A stretch of DNA of 64,000 bases from Schizosaccharomyces osmophilus (GCF_027921745.1 NC_079238.1:1674001-1738000); one strand, 5' to 3'. Positions 21,806-34,303 are shown, counted from the stretch's first letter. Numbers and translations: made by a program. Notes: generated by a model not told the origin, from the sequence alone.

Positions 21806-24800
21806 TCAGTTTTCATTTTGGTTAAGTGCCTTTCTAACCGCTAATACATTATCGACAATAACGGCATCCACACCAAATCGGACCTGGCGTCTTACATTGT
21901 CTGTGTCGTTGTTTAAAACACCATACGTATAGCAAGTCAACTTCAATTGCTTTACAGCTTTAATTAACCGTGGAGTTTTGATCAAAGGCTCACAAGCACT
22001 TACAATACCAAGCAAATTCCATTGGGCAGCAAATCTCATAGAATCCTTAAGGGAGGCTGCTCTGGCATCAGTTCGAAAAGCTGTACCACCTTCTGTTAAG
22101 AACAGAACAGGTACAGAGCATTTTAGTGACAACAAGATACAAATATCTGGATTGAAACTAGAGAAAATGTATCGTCTATGACCTCCATACTTTTGTATCA
22201 CGGAAAGAATAGTATCCACGAACGCATTGTAGTCATATGCGACAGGTAAAAGATTCTCCTCCTCGGCCTCACTCAGCATTGGATATTTAAACTCAACATT
22301 TAATCCTACCGATTGAGGAACCTTTTCCAAGATGTCACGTAAAGTATTAAAAGGAGCACAAATGCTATGTCCCAATGCGTTTCCTTTATAAACCTTACGC
22401 TTCGTATTCGAAGGCTCTTCTTGAGAATTCAGTAAATTCAATAAATCCAGATGAGTATCTGAAGATCTTGATACTGAAGAGCTATACGCACGAGGACGAC
22501 GCTTAAGACTGTATTCATGGAGATCATCCGCCATTTTTTTGTCAGATGGGCTATGCGAAACTGATAAAAACTGTTCCAAGGTTAAAGAATGAACCTGAGC
22601 ATCAGTTCCTGTTTCATTAACGGCAAAATCGTGGTATACAACAGGAACCTTATCTTTCGTTAGTTGAACATCCAACTCAACGTAGGAAGCACCCAAATCA
22701 GCAGCTTTTATAAAAGATTGGACTGTGTTTTCACCGAGTTGTAAAGTCAAACGATCAGGTTGATTTTTTCCTAATCCACGGTGCCCTATAACCTCTACGC
22801 TGTTTGATTTCCCGGATTCCGAAGGCGATTTCGATGTAGCAGGTGATTCATCGTGATCCTCTAAAGTCGATCTATCAAAATTTGAGACCGACTCTAAGGA
22901 ATTAGCACCGTGAACGCGTTCGGAACCCAGCTTTAGAATATTTTTATCCGGAGCGGTAGACACCAATGCATCGACATGAATTTTCGCAATCGGTTTTAGT
23001 CCTTTACTGGATAACAAAGTAAGGGAAGGGAGCGGTTTTAATGACTGCATACCTTTACCTAAATTTGGAATAAAGTCGCTCAATTGAGCGTAAGCTCTAC
23101 CAATTACCTTCAAGGACCTGTGGCCTAAAGCGTCAATACAAACAGTGGTTTTATCAATGTTCTTCGTGGCAAAAACCAACTCATAAGGAGGAGATGCAAC
23201 AGCGGATTTGACGTTTATCTCCTCGGTAGCTTCATAATGCATATAGACAGAGTCGTCAATTGCTTCATCCGGTTCAACCACATCTTCAAAATCAACCTCA
23301 CCAACATTGTCAAAATGCGAACGAGGCACATCAATAACCACACTAGAGCTTGTAGACTTTTCACGAAACATAGATGATTCTGATGAAGTTGCTTGTATAT
23401 TAGTCGCAAGACTAGTAGACGGTAAATCAGCTGTCGATGATTTGGAGGAACCGACAGAAGACGATGCCTTACCGGAGAGGTATTGAGCTTCTTCACCTTC
23501 AAGTGTGACACGTATACGTCCGGTTAAGCCACTCAATCTCAAAATCACAATAGACGAAGAGGGTTGAATCTCCATAGCTCGTTTTCGGCTTCTCATCTCT
23601 GCTCCCGATGATTTTACGGATAAAGAATCTAGATTCACAGGACCATCACTCAAAGTTACAGACGTTTGCAACAAATCGAGTACCTCCATTTTTCCACGAA
23701 CAACGGCATGTTCCATTGCTGTCCAACCAGAAGCGTCAATCTCATCAACGGATGAGCCAAATTGAATAAGGACCTTAATAATTTCTGAAAATCCGAGAGC
23801 ACTGGCAAGCATCAATGGCGTCCATGAAAAGGGGGCCTCGCGTGTATTTTGATCTGCGCCGTATTTTATCAGCATTTCTACACAACTTGAGCGGTGGTTT
23901 CGAACAGCAGCGTGCAGAGCACTACTTCCTTTTGCATCGTGCTCATTAGCATCGAAACCGGCATCCAGGAGTTCTTTGATCATTCCTGCGTTGTCTCCTA
24001 CCAAGCATACCAATACCAATGGAGGTATTGGGCCGGGCTTGGTTGAAGGTGTACTTTTGTCTTGACAAGATAAAAGGGCATGCAACACTTTTACATGGTT
24101 GCCTCTAATAGCCAAGGTTAAAGGGGTATCATGCATAATGTCAAACCAATAAGGACGCATCCAATTTAGAGGTTCCGCTGAAGGGATGGACGATATGATT
24201 TTACAAAATTCGTAACATAACGTATAGAAGCCAGCTTCAGCAGCTGAGTGCATGACTGTTTGCCCCTTGCTATTTCTCTCGACAGAGAGGATTCGTGTTA
24301 AAAGAGAATTAAGATGGTCTTTTTCTAAATATATGACAGAGCATATGTCCTTGACAACTTCTAAAAAGCAGTACACGCCATGACCGGGACCATCTAGGTT
24401 ATTCACTGCACGACGTAAAGCAGAAGCGAGACATTCCGATCGAAGTCCCATTCTTCCAACGACTTCTCTCATGCAAGCTTTAGCAGCAGCAACAATAGTA
24501 GCAGCAAGTATATCAATCAAGACGGTTTCGGGAGCGTTGATACAGGTTTCAGCAATCTCTCTAACGTCATCCTGTTGAATGTATGTAAGCAAGTCTTTCT
24601 TTATCGGATGTTTCGAGGATATATGCTCTAGCTTTTTTAAGGTATCTGTCTTTTTTTGAGAACTGTCCAATGCCTTCAAAGAGAGTAGGGTTTCGTAAAT
24701 TTTTGCCGAATTGGCAAAATCCAGCTTCATAACTTTACGTTCGTAAAAAGTGGTTTCGCGGTCGGTACCAAGATGCTTGTCCATGTTGGCCGACAATTTT

Positions 24801-25300
24801 TCAAATGCCAACTTGTTCCATTCAGCAAAAGAAGAAAGTTTTTGTAATCGTAAATCCAAATCCTTTATTTGTTTATTTCGCTCTTGAGTTTCGTTTATAG
24901 AACCAGATCGATGATTGGTTATTTCTAGATCATCCTCGTTCGAGAGACGAGAAATATAAGCATTGAGCTGAGAAATGTTTGTAGAGAAAAAATTGACTAC
25001 TTTTTCTAGATTTGCAACCAACATCTCGTCTGGTGAACCCTTAGGCCATGAACCATCTGGAGCCCGCTGCAAATATGCGTTCTTACTTGTGGGGTTGGAA
25101 GCCACAAATTGGATTTTTTGCTTTATTCCGTTATAATCCACATATTCATCAGCGAATTCTGAGATTAGGGCCAATTGGAGACTGCATGTTAGCATGGAAT
25201 AAGGATAAAAAAGAAAGGAAAAAGGAAATGGTTAGTAGTATAGAAAGGTAGTGTATCTTATATCCATGTAGCCTCGCCTTTCGTCTCACTGAGTGGGCAT
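21806..25300 (-). CDS. gde1: Glycerophosphocholine phosphodiesterase (SPX-like, ankyrin, GDPD); intron 25182-25289; ~1128 aa
   Basis: VIGHRGLGKN, ENTVQSF, VELDVQLTKD GDPD motifs; ankyrin repeats; 11-nt first exon joined by a GTGAGA..CTAAC..CAG intron. Confidence 0.92.
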
Positions 25301-27054
25301 GATTTTGACGTTGGAACAAAAAGAATTGCGCATCATCCTTTCAACTTTTTAAGGCCCTTTTCTATACGCATGGATTGACAAGATTTGACGACCAAATGCT
25401 TGTTTTCTAAACATCCATCGATATTTATACGCTACAAAAAGAATGTACCTACCTTTCACCAAATTTCATAACAGATAAATTATGAATCCGAAAGTGTATA
25501 AAAAAGACTGAACCGGACTCAAAAGAGGTATAAAGTATACTGCAAAGGTAGAATGGGAGAGGCTAAGTTCAAAACAGCCTGAAAATCTGGACAACCTCGC
25601 CTTCAAATACGTTATAACAGATTAACAGAATTTACTTCATCTTGCGGTAGGCTGTTCTGGCATATTATACCATAATGTACTGCATTTGTATCATTTAAAA
25701 GCGATAAAACGATATCTGTTTAGACAGTCGTCTATATGTACAAAGGTCCCATGCAGTTTGTCTCAACATGAAAAATGCATAGAATCGGCTGAAGGTTGCA
25801 ATTCAATTTGAGTGTTCTCATAGTTAAATTCTTTATTAAGTGGTGAGTCTTTTACAAAGGAAAGAAACAATTGGAAAGAGTGAGCGGAAAGTGAATTTTT
25901 GGCACACAGAGAGAGACAGAGACAACCATGTCGAAGTTGCTATTTTGATTTTTTCTTTCATTGGCGAGTCTTGCTTTCTTACATTGATCTTCTTGGTCGA
26001 GTCATCGAGTCAAGTAGCGGTGTGGAATGCCGCTCTATTTCACCTGAATTGGAATGAAAAAAGATTATGCGAAGAAGAAGCCACAAAAGCGGATTTTTAT
26101 AATCCTCTTCTTCGTATTGTATTACTCCGTCATCCGAAAAGAGCTCGACTACGTTGACATCTAATTTTGATAGTCCTTAAGACGATCAGAGATCAATTAA
26201 CAACTTGATAGATCTAAAAGCTAAAGCTAAAAAATTTGTTCGTCTTCTACGGCTACCATAGCTACAGTCTCTTCTTACGAAATTTCATTTACCTTGCTTT
26301 GTTTACTAATTGTAAAATCTTACTCCTAAGACTTATAATAGCAAATGTTTTTAACAATATATTGCATAAACATATATAATATATTAACAAATAGCTACTG
26401 ATGTCACAAAACTGGATACGTTGTCACCAAGAAGTGCAAATTTATGTGTCTCTTAAAGTCAAGGTAAAGAACAATTATTATAACATACGTGTGTTTTGTA
26501 CTGTTAAAAAAAAGCTTCCTTCATTAGATGTGCGATGAGAAAGGCTAGCACAAGGAAGTACTAAAAGTAAGAGTGTACTTGAAGTAACTCTGCCATTTCA
26601 AGTCTATAGGGAAGCCTTCTATGCTCATTTGAAAACAAATTATATCAACGAGTTATGCAATCAAATATTGTTCTATTTTTACTAAATGGAACATTTTTAT
26701 AGGGAACATACCACGGTTTTTGATACGCGACTGTTTATTTACACTTGGTTGCTATAGAAACTGACGCGTAAACAAAACAATTTGCAAATTATATAACTAG
26801 CATTTGATCACCATTGTTGAGCTTGGCGACAATTGAAGTTTTTAATACATTTGCGCTTTACAGTTGATAGTCAATTAAGCCTTGGATCTGATACTTCGTA
26901 TACCACACGTCTAGAGTCTTTTGTTTACCTCTACTGCTAAAGTTTTCAAGTCTGTTCTAGCAGTAAAACTTTGTGGTACCAGCTTAGTTATTCTTTTTTG
27001 ACTATTTGTGTTTTGTTTGTACTCTTTTTTGGACTTTGCATTTAAAAATCGCTA

Positions 27055-29025
27055 ATGTATTCCGTGTACTCTTTACTCCTGCTGGCTGTCCTAAGCCAAG
27101 TCAGTTGGGCATTACATTTCAGCAACAATTCTTCAGTGATCAGTTACTGTGGTTCTGATGTCGCAAACCAGCCATCTTCAGCCTCTATTACTCTTCATAG
27201 TAATTCTTCTATGATTGCTACAGATAATTCAAGATCAACGGTCCCAACATCATCTATACCTTCTTCATTGAACTCAACTTTGCCATCTGTTAATTCGTTA
27301 CCGGTTTTTGAAGCTCGTAGGGGAATTGTGACAGAATCTTTTGATACCTATAATACCTATACGAATAAGGTGCCTTCGCCAGCATTGTCTTCATACACTT
27401 ATTTAAGCACTTTTGCCTCAGACAGCACTGCTGCTTTTACATCTGTAGAAACTTACAATACTGGGCCGGATGTTGAACTGAATAACCCGAGCACTTCAAC
27501 ACCAGTTCCCACTTCTACTGCTATGCCTTCGAGTTCTTTTACTCCTACTGCTTCATCACTGTCTAGTACATGGCCTTCAGAAGTACCCTCTTCTAGTCCT
27601 GACCCAACCTCTAGTAGTTGGCCTACTGCCAGTCCTTCCTCTGATCCTTATGCCTCACCTTCTAGTGCTTGGTCTTCAGAAGTACCCTCTTCTGATTCTA
27701 ACCCAACCTCTAGTAGTTGGCCTACTGTCAGTCCTTCCTCTGATCCTTATGCCTCACCTTCTAGTGCTTGGTCTTCAGAAGTACCCTCTTCTAGTCCTGA
27801 CCCAACCTCTAGTAGTTGGCCTACTGCCAGTCCTTCCTCTGATTCTTATACCTCACCTTCTAGTGCTTTGTCTTCAGCGGTGCCTTCTTCAAGTTCTTCT
27901 AACCCACCCTCTAGTAGCTGGTCTACTATGAGTTCTTCCTCTGAGACTTATGCCTCACCTTCTAGTGCTTGGTCGTCAGTGGTGCCTTCTTCAAGTTCTT
28001 CTAACCCACCTTCTAGTAGTTGGCCTACTGCCAGTCCTTCCTCTGATCCTTATGCCTCACCTTCTAGTGCTTGGTCGTCAGCGGTGTCTTCTTCAAGTTC
28101 TTCTAACCCACCCTCTAGTAGTTGGCCTACTGCCAGTCCTTCCTCTGATCCTTATGCCTCACCTTCTAGTGCTTGGTCGTCAGCGGTGTCTTCTTCAAGT
28201 TCTTCTAACCCACCCTCTAGTAGTTGGCCTACTGCCAGTCCTTCCTCTGATCCTTATGCCTCACCTTCTAGTGCTTGGTCGTCAGCGGTGTCTTCTTCAA
28301 GTTCTTCTAACCCACCCTCTAGTAGTTGGCCTACTGCCAGTCCTTCCTCTGATCCTTATGCCTCACCTTCTAGTGCTTGGTCTTCAGCGGTGCCTTCTTC
28401 AAGTTCTTCTAACCCACCCTCTAGTAGCTGGTCTACTATGAGTTCTTCCTCTGAGACCTATGCCTCACCTTCTAGTGCTTTGTCTTCAGCGGTGCCTTCT
28501 TCAAGTTCTTCTAACCCACCCTCTAGTAGCTGGTCTACTATGAGTCCTTCCTCTGATTCTTATACCTCACCTTCTAGTGCTTGGTCTTCAGAAGTACCCT
28601 CTTCTAATTCTAACCCACCCTCTAATAGCTGGTCTACTGTCAGTCCTTGGCCTTCGGCATCGGCTTCCAGTTCCGTAAGTTCTACTTCCACTTCAAATTC
28701 TGTTGAACCACCGTCTACTTCTTCTTATTCGACCATTTCTGTGCCAACCAGTAGCTACTCTTCGAACACATTTAGCTCAATGCCCATTGCTACTAGTAAC
28801 ACAGTAAATCCGAATGTGGATTCATCTGGATTGTGGTATCTGACGGCTTTATCTACTTTCCAGGTCCCCGATGGGTTTTCTTGGTCAAATATAAATGGAT
28901 TTTCAGTCTTGATGCCAACAGGAAATGACCTTAATAAACGTACTATTAATGCTAAGGCTACTGCAAGTCCGCTGCCTTCCGATACATGGAGCACGTTTGT
29001 CACTCAAACATCCGCCCCTAATTAA
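27055..29025 (+). CDS. Secreted Ser/Thr/Pro-rich cell-surface glycoprotein at the position of the chitinase-like gene (SPAPB1E7.04c/cts2); no GH18 domain visible
   Basis: Signal peptide MYSVYSLLLLAVLSQVSWA; tandem repeats; no hydrophobic GPI tail; 656 aa. Confidence 0.8.
   Translation: MYSVYSLLLLAVLSQVSWALHFSNNSSVISYCGSDVANQPSSASITLHSNSSMIATDNSRSTVPTSSIPSSLNSTLPSVNSLPVFEARRGIVTESFDTYNTYTNKVPSPALSSYTYLSTFASDSTAAFTSVETYNTGPDVELNNPSTSTPVPTSTAMPSSSFTPTASSLSSTWPSEVPSSSPDPTSSSWPTASPSSDPYASPSSAWSSEVPSSDSNPTSSSWPTVSPSSDPYASPSSAWSSEVPSSSPDPTSSSWPTASPSSDSYTSPSSALSSAVPSSSSSNPPSSSWSTMSSSSETYASPSSAWSSVVPSSSSSNPPSSSWPTASPSSDPYASPSSAWSSAVSSSSSSNPPSSSWPTASPSSDPYASPSSAWSSAVSSSSSSNPPSSSWPTASPSSDPYASPSSAWSSAVSSSSSSNPPSSSWPTASPSSDPYASPSSAWSSAVPSSSSSNPPSSSWSTMSSSSETYASPSSALSSAVPSSSSSNPPSSSWSTMSPSSDSYTSPSSAWSSEVPSSNSNPPSNSWSTVSPWPSASASSSVSSTSTSNSVEPPSTSSYSTISVPTSSYSSNTFSSMPIATSNTVNPNVDSSGLWYLTALSTFQVPDGFSWSNINGFSVLMPTGNDLNKRTINAKATASPLPSDTWSTFVTQTSAPN
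27562..28650 (+). repeat. Coding minisatellite, ~11 units of 99-102 nt (33-34 aa)
   Basis: Units start at 27562, 27661, 27760, 27859, 27961, 28063, 28165, 28267, 28369, 28471 and 28573 (partial); consensus SSAWSSAVPSSSSSNPPSSSWPTASPSSDPYASP. Confidence 0.95.
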
Positions 29026-29201
29026 AGCACATAAAGAATAGTCTACTATTCTCGTCAAGCCAATTTAGGTCTTTCAGTTTTTTAGGTCTTTTGGAATATT
29101 TATAATAGAATTACTTTATTATACTATATATATATACACTTTACTTTGTAACGATCCTTTTGAATATGTTTATAGTTTCACCCAAAATAAAGCCCATTTT
29201 A

Positions 29202-31110
29202 TTATTCGTCCCTAAAAATTAAAATTAATTCGTCCAAACGAGAAGCTTGCAATAATAGCTTTTCCTCATATGAGCGCAATCTTTTCAACTCAGCTTGTTC
29301 AAATTTCTGCAGATATTCTTCCTCCTTCCCTTTTATATCAATACGTTCAGCCTTGTCTATTAGTTGCGATCTTTGAGCCCGTTCGTCCCGAAGTCGATGA
29401 AACATTTTTGCAATTACTTCATATAATTGATCCAGAAAAATAGAATAAGCACGTTCAGACCGATGAAACCAGAGATAAAAAGTCTTTGAAGGTGCACGAT
29501 CAGAGCTCCTTGGAACTTCTTGTAATTCTAATGCTCCCATCTCAGCCATAGATTGAAGAACAGTTCGTAAATCTTTTTGTCGTAGTAAGGCCATATTTGC
29601 TAGTTGCTTTTCCTCAATTTTTCCTTTATCTTTTATAATCCGTAATAGTCTAGTTGCTCTGTCACCAAGTTTTTCGTCTAAAATATTTTCAAATTCCACA
29701 GCACGAAGCATATTTGTTAAATAAGCAAAGTCTATTTTCCATTCACCCATGCCTCTATTACCCACTCTTGTGATAAATTTCAAGGCAGTATCAGCCAGCA
29801 ATTCCAAATGTTGTACCAACACTTTGCTTTTGCTGTTGCTTTCATCATCAATGTTTTCTTCGTAATCTTCATCCTCCTCTTCCTGTTCCTCCATTTCCAG
29901 TTCGTCAAGTTGATCAAGTGCAGCTTTTGCAGGGGGTTTCCTTACGTTGGAGCTTTTCGCAAAACAAGACTCAATGTCAATGTCTTTAGGAAAATTCCTT
30001 GTAAGTTCCATGGTAGTGATGGTTAAAACTGTAGGACGTTAGCAATTAACAAATGTTAACAGTTTTTTTATAAAAAAAAACCTCAGAATTCGCATACCAG
30101 TAGCAGGAGATGGAGAGCCTACGAATTTAGACTCTAGGATTGCCAGTAGATGAGAATATACGATAGCAGTCGTTTTTCCGATACGGCGTTCTGCCCAGTA
30201 TACAAGTCTTTGATTTCTTGCTAAGAATGAGAATTTTGCACGATTTACGCGTACGTGTGCAGCGGGATCTGGAAGCAGAATACTGTTTTCATCATCCAAA
30301 ATTTCGTTCAAATCTCCCGTCATTGAAGAAGTGGTAGCATTTCTTCGCTTTCGTTTCGCGGGCCGGGGAATCGAATCTTTCGGTTTTCTTATAAGACCTT
30401 GATTTTCGGCCATGTCACTTGATTGGAGCCGGGCCATTTCAAGTGCGACAGAGTCATTCACTTCACGATTCTTCTTTATTTCAGATACGTTCTCTGATTT
30501 ACGCTGCTCAAGGAATTTGATACGAAGTTGCATTTCCTGGTCACCAACCGGAATCAAATGTCGAGGCTGCACAACTACAAGATATTTCAAGTATATCAAA
30601 TCAGTAATATTTTGCTGTAGCATTCGGCTTTCCTCATCCGTTCCATCTGGACTCTTTCCAAATGCACTATAAACATCTTGCACGCGCGCACGACCCTGTG
30701 TACTCACATATTTAGCGATGGATGCTGTTTCTTGGTTTAATTTTAGCGAAACTGAATAAACGTCCTTTCCTTTCCTTATTAAATTATACATTTCTTGCCA
30801 TTGGGCTTCATAATAAGTCACTTCTCGAAGCTGTTCAATGGCCGTAACAAACGAGACCATATGATGCTGCATTAGACTAGCAAGAGCCTGTCGAATTTTT
30901 GGCGCAGGAAGATTTGTCCGCTTCAGAAGCATTGATAGATTCATTCGCCCATGACGAAGTAAAATGCTTGCTATTTCCTATTAACAACCATCTAGTCAGC
31001 TTCTGCACAACATTTTCCAATCTCAGCTATTCACCCAAACATACCGAGCAGCATTCTCCAAAAAACTCGTCCACTAGGATTTCGCACAGTCCAACTGCAT
31101 ACTGTGACAT
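29202..31110 (-). CDS. rpc82: RNA polymerase III subunit C82; introns 30978-31044 and 30029-30097
   Basis: [19 protein letters not shown] start; [19 protein letters not shown] motif; splice phases verified. Confidence 0.93.
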
Positions 31111-31733
31111 CCTTGCATCCACCACTACTCAAACATGCAAATTGCTTCAGTAGTGTTTATGGTCAAAAGAATTTGTGCGACGAAACCTCGATTTTCAAAT
31201 ACCGAAGCGTTCTTAACATATTTTAAGTAGGTTAACGTAGAGGAACAAAGAATCCTGCTTTAGTAAACAAATGCAAAAACTATCTTCAGTTGTTCCTCTC
31301 GCTGGTAATTCTATCTTTACAGCTGAGCTAGCATAACCTTTTCTCTAGAATTGTGTGTAGGAGTATTGAGGTGCCATACTCCATGTGACGCACATGGAAT
31401 AAATGTCAACGTGGGCAGCTCAACTCATCCTATGTGTCTACAAAGATCTTATGGTAATGGCTTCATCTACTAGGAATTCGTTCTTATTTCAGATTTTCCA
31501 TAATTCGCGATTTGCTTCACAGCATTTGCATTTTGGCCCATTTCCAGTCGAATGAGTTACAGTTAAAAGCTGAGCAGTAATCAAACACTACGGAACTAAG
31601 TTTTTGTTTAATAGTCAATATTCAACTGGGTTTTCTTCCATTTTTACCTATTCGTTTTTATTGTTGACTAAAGAGATGGAACGATACCCTTATTTACATT
31701 TCCACCAAGGGTTGCTTTTCTTCGTCTGCTACA

Positions 31734-34303
31734 ATGGCAGGAAATAGACTGGTGCCTCGATATGCACATACCGATGGGTTGACTAGGCTTGCGTATACGC
31801 TAGATGGCACCTTTTTGCTCACCGTTGGATCCAACCTGGTTATAAGAAAGTTCCAGGTCGGTTCTGACGAAGAACCTGAATCCATAGACAATCATCAAGA
31901 CCCGATTACTGGAATTGCCGTTTCTGTGAGTGATTTTGTTTATACATCTTAGTTGTTTTATATATTCTTTCTAACCGTATCTTTTCAGAAAACCCATTTT
32001 TGTACCTGCTCTGAGGATGCGACAATTTGTGTATATCCCATCGATAACTCTTCAGAACATAATCTACTAGCCAGGACGACGCTTCCTGTGCGTGATATTG
32101 CATACTCTACAGATGGAAATTGGGTTGCTATTGCCAGTGAGTATGTATTGTCTTTTATTGTTGCTATTTGGATGAAATTAACAATGTCAGTGAAACAGCG
32201 GTAAAACTCGTCAATACAACAGAGTTAACTCAAATTCATTCTTTACGCCCTTCCAAAACTTCAAACAAACACGTGTCATTCAGTCCGAATGAAAAGTTTC
32301 TTGCCATATCCAGCTGCAATGGTATTTTATATTTTTATGATGCTCATTCTAGAGATCTCGTAAAGTTTTTAACAAACACCATCTTCTCTGTTGAGGGCGA
32401 TTCCGATCTCACTAGTAAAGCAGTTTGGCACCCTTTTGATGGCACATTCGCTGTTGCCGATTCTGAAAACCAGGTATCTGTCATATCTACTGATGATTGG
32501 CTTGCATTATACAAACTATCCCCAAAAGAAAATTACTCTTCCATAACAGACGTTGCTTGGTCAAGCAATGGTCGTTTTTTGGCGGCTTCTTTCCGCGATA
32601 CGGGTATATTGGTATGGGATACTTTTTCAAAAGAAATAGTCTCTGAACATCATTACCCAAATGTTGTTGCTTTGGCTTGGCAGCCTTTTGCTAACGTGTT
32701 GTCTTTCACCACGAATCAAGGTGTGCTTTACAATTGTCCTGAGGCAATTCCTTTGTCAGAGTCTATCACTGAAGCTGATTTCCAAAAAAGAAACCAGCTC
32801 AAGAATGGTCATAAGAAACGTATTGTTTTGGATGAGGCCGAAGAAAATTTATATGGGAGTCAAAACACCAACGACGATTCTGTCGCTGCTGGTGGCATCA
32901 CAAATGAAGAGAATATCGGTGACTTTAACGAAAACGCTTTAGATGATCCCTTTGATTTAGATGGCGATAGTTATATTGTGAATGACCATGAGTTAGAAGT
33001 CGCTAAAAAGAGGAAGGCGCGTCCCATGCGCGATCATCAGCCTGTTTCCTTTGAAGATGGTACGAGAAAACGCCGTCTTTTGCATTCTGCTGTCCATAAA
33101 CCTGTTTATGCTGGAAGCACGCCGTGGCAAGGAAATAGGCGCTACTTGTGTCTGAATTTAGTAGGATTCATTTGGACCGTTCAACAGGACGATGGCCATA
33201 ACACTATTACCGTCGAATTTCACGACGAGACCAATCACAGAAGATATCATTTTCCAGATGACCAAAAGTTTGAAATGGCTTGTTTGGATGAAGAGGGAGC
33301 CTTGTTTTCCGCTCCGGCTACGGAGCAATCACCAGGTGTTATCTACTATAAACCTCATGTTGATTGGTCTCGGCGATCTGAATGGGCATTAATGCTTCCG
33401 ATGGAAGATGAAAGCCCTGTTAGTATAGCACTGAGTTCTAGTGTAGTTGTCGCTTGTACAACAAGCGGCTATGTGCGTATTTATTCTCGAACAGGCTTTC
33501 CTATAAGTATGTATAGAAGTAAGCAACAACCGTTTGTTGCTTGCTCTGCGTTTAAAGACCTTATTATGATAGTTGCGAACGGCGGTCCTACTGCTGATGG
33601 GACTCCTCAATTGGTCTACACAATTGAGGACACAAGCAAAAACTATGTCTATCAATCGAATGATGGGTTAGCTCTACCCCCTACGGGAGAGCTTCAGAGT
33701 ATTTTCTTTTCAGACGTTGGTGATCCATACATGTTCGATTCCGATGGTGTTCTGTTGGTCTTACTTCATTGGAGAACCCATGGTCAGGCCAAATGGATAC
33801 CTGTGCTGGATACGAATGAACTGGAACGTCGTAAGTCAAGGCAAGAATCCTATTGGCCTGTGACAGTGGCAGATAATCAGTTCCATTGTATCCTTTTAAA
33901 GGGGAATGCTCGTTATCCTTATTTCCCTCGTCCTATGTTTACTGAATTCCCATTTCGAATTCCCTGTACTGTAGTGACTTTTGATGCTCCTACCTCGGTT
34001 CCTGCTTTAGAAGAGCTGCAACTTAGAAATGCGGTTTTGTTAACATTAACCGAAGAAGCAATCGAGGAAGGGGATGCTAATCAAGACCAACAGCTTCAGG
34101 TTACGAAGCTTGAAGCTAATATTGACAAAGCTTTATTGCAGTTAATCCAGAAGGCCTGTTTAGAAGAAAAGCTTGAGCGTATTTTTGAATTAACAAAAGC
34201 TTTACGAAGAACACCTAGCATATTGGCAGCTCAGAAAATTGCCCTGCATCACTCCCTTACCCAGATTGCTGAAAAAATTGGAACTCTTCTTCCTGCTACT
34301 TAA
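31734..34303 (+). CDS. mcl1: DNA polymerase alpha accessory factor Mcl1 (Ctf4/AND-1); introns 31926-31988 and 32141-32190
   Basis: N-terminal WD40 repeats; SepB domain (GSTPWQGNRRYLCLN, TVEFHD, YWPV, YPYFPRP); splice phases verified. Confidence 0.94.

Noticed and set aside
27650..28441. Leu/Val-rich repeat ORFs in the alternate frame of the Ser repeat
   Set aside because: Frame-shift shadow of TCT/CCT/AGT codons, interrupted by stops
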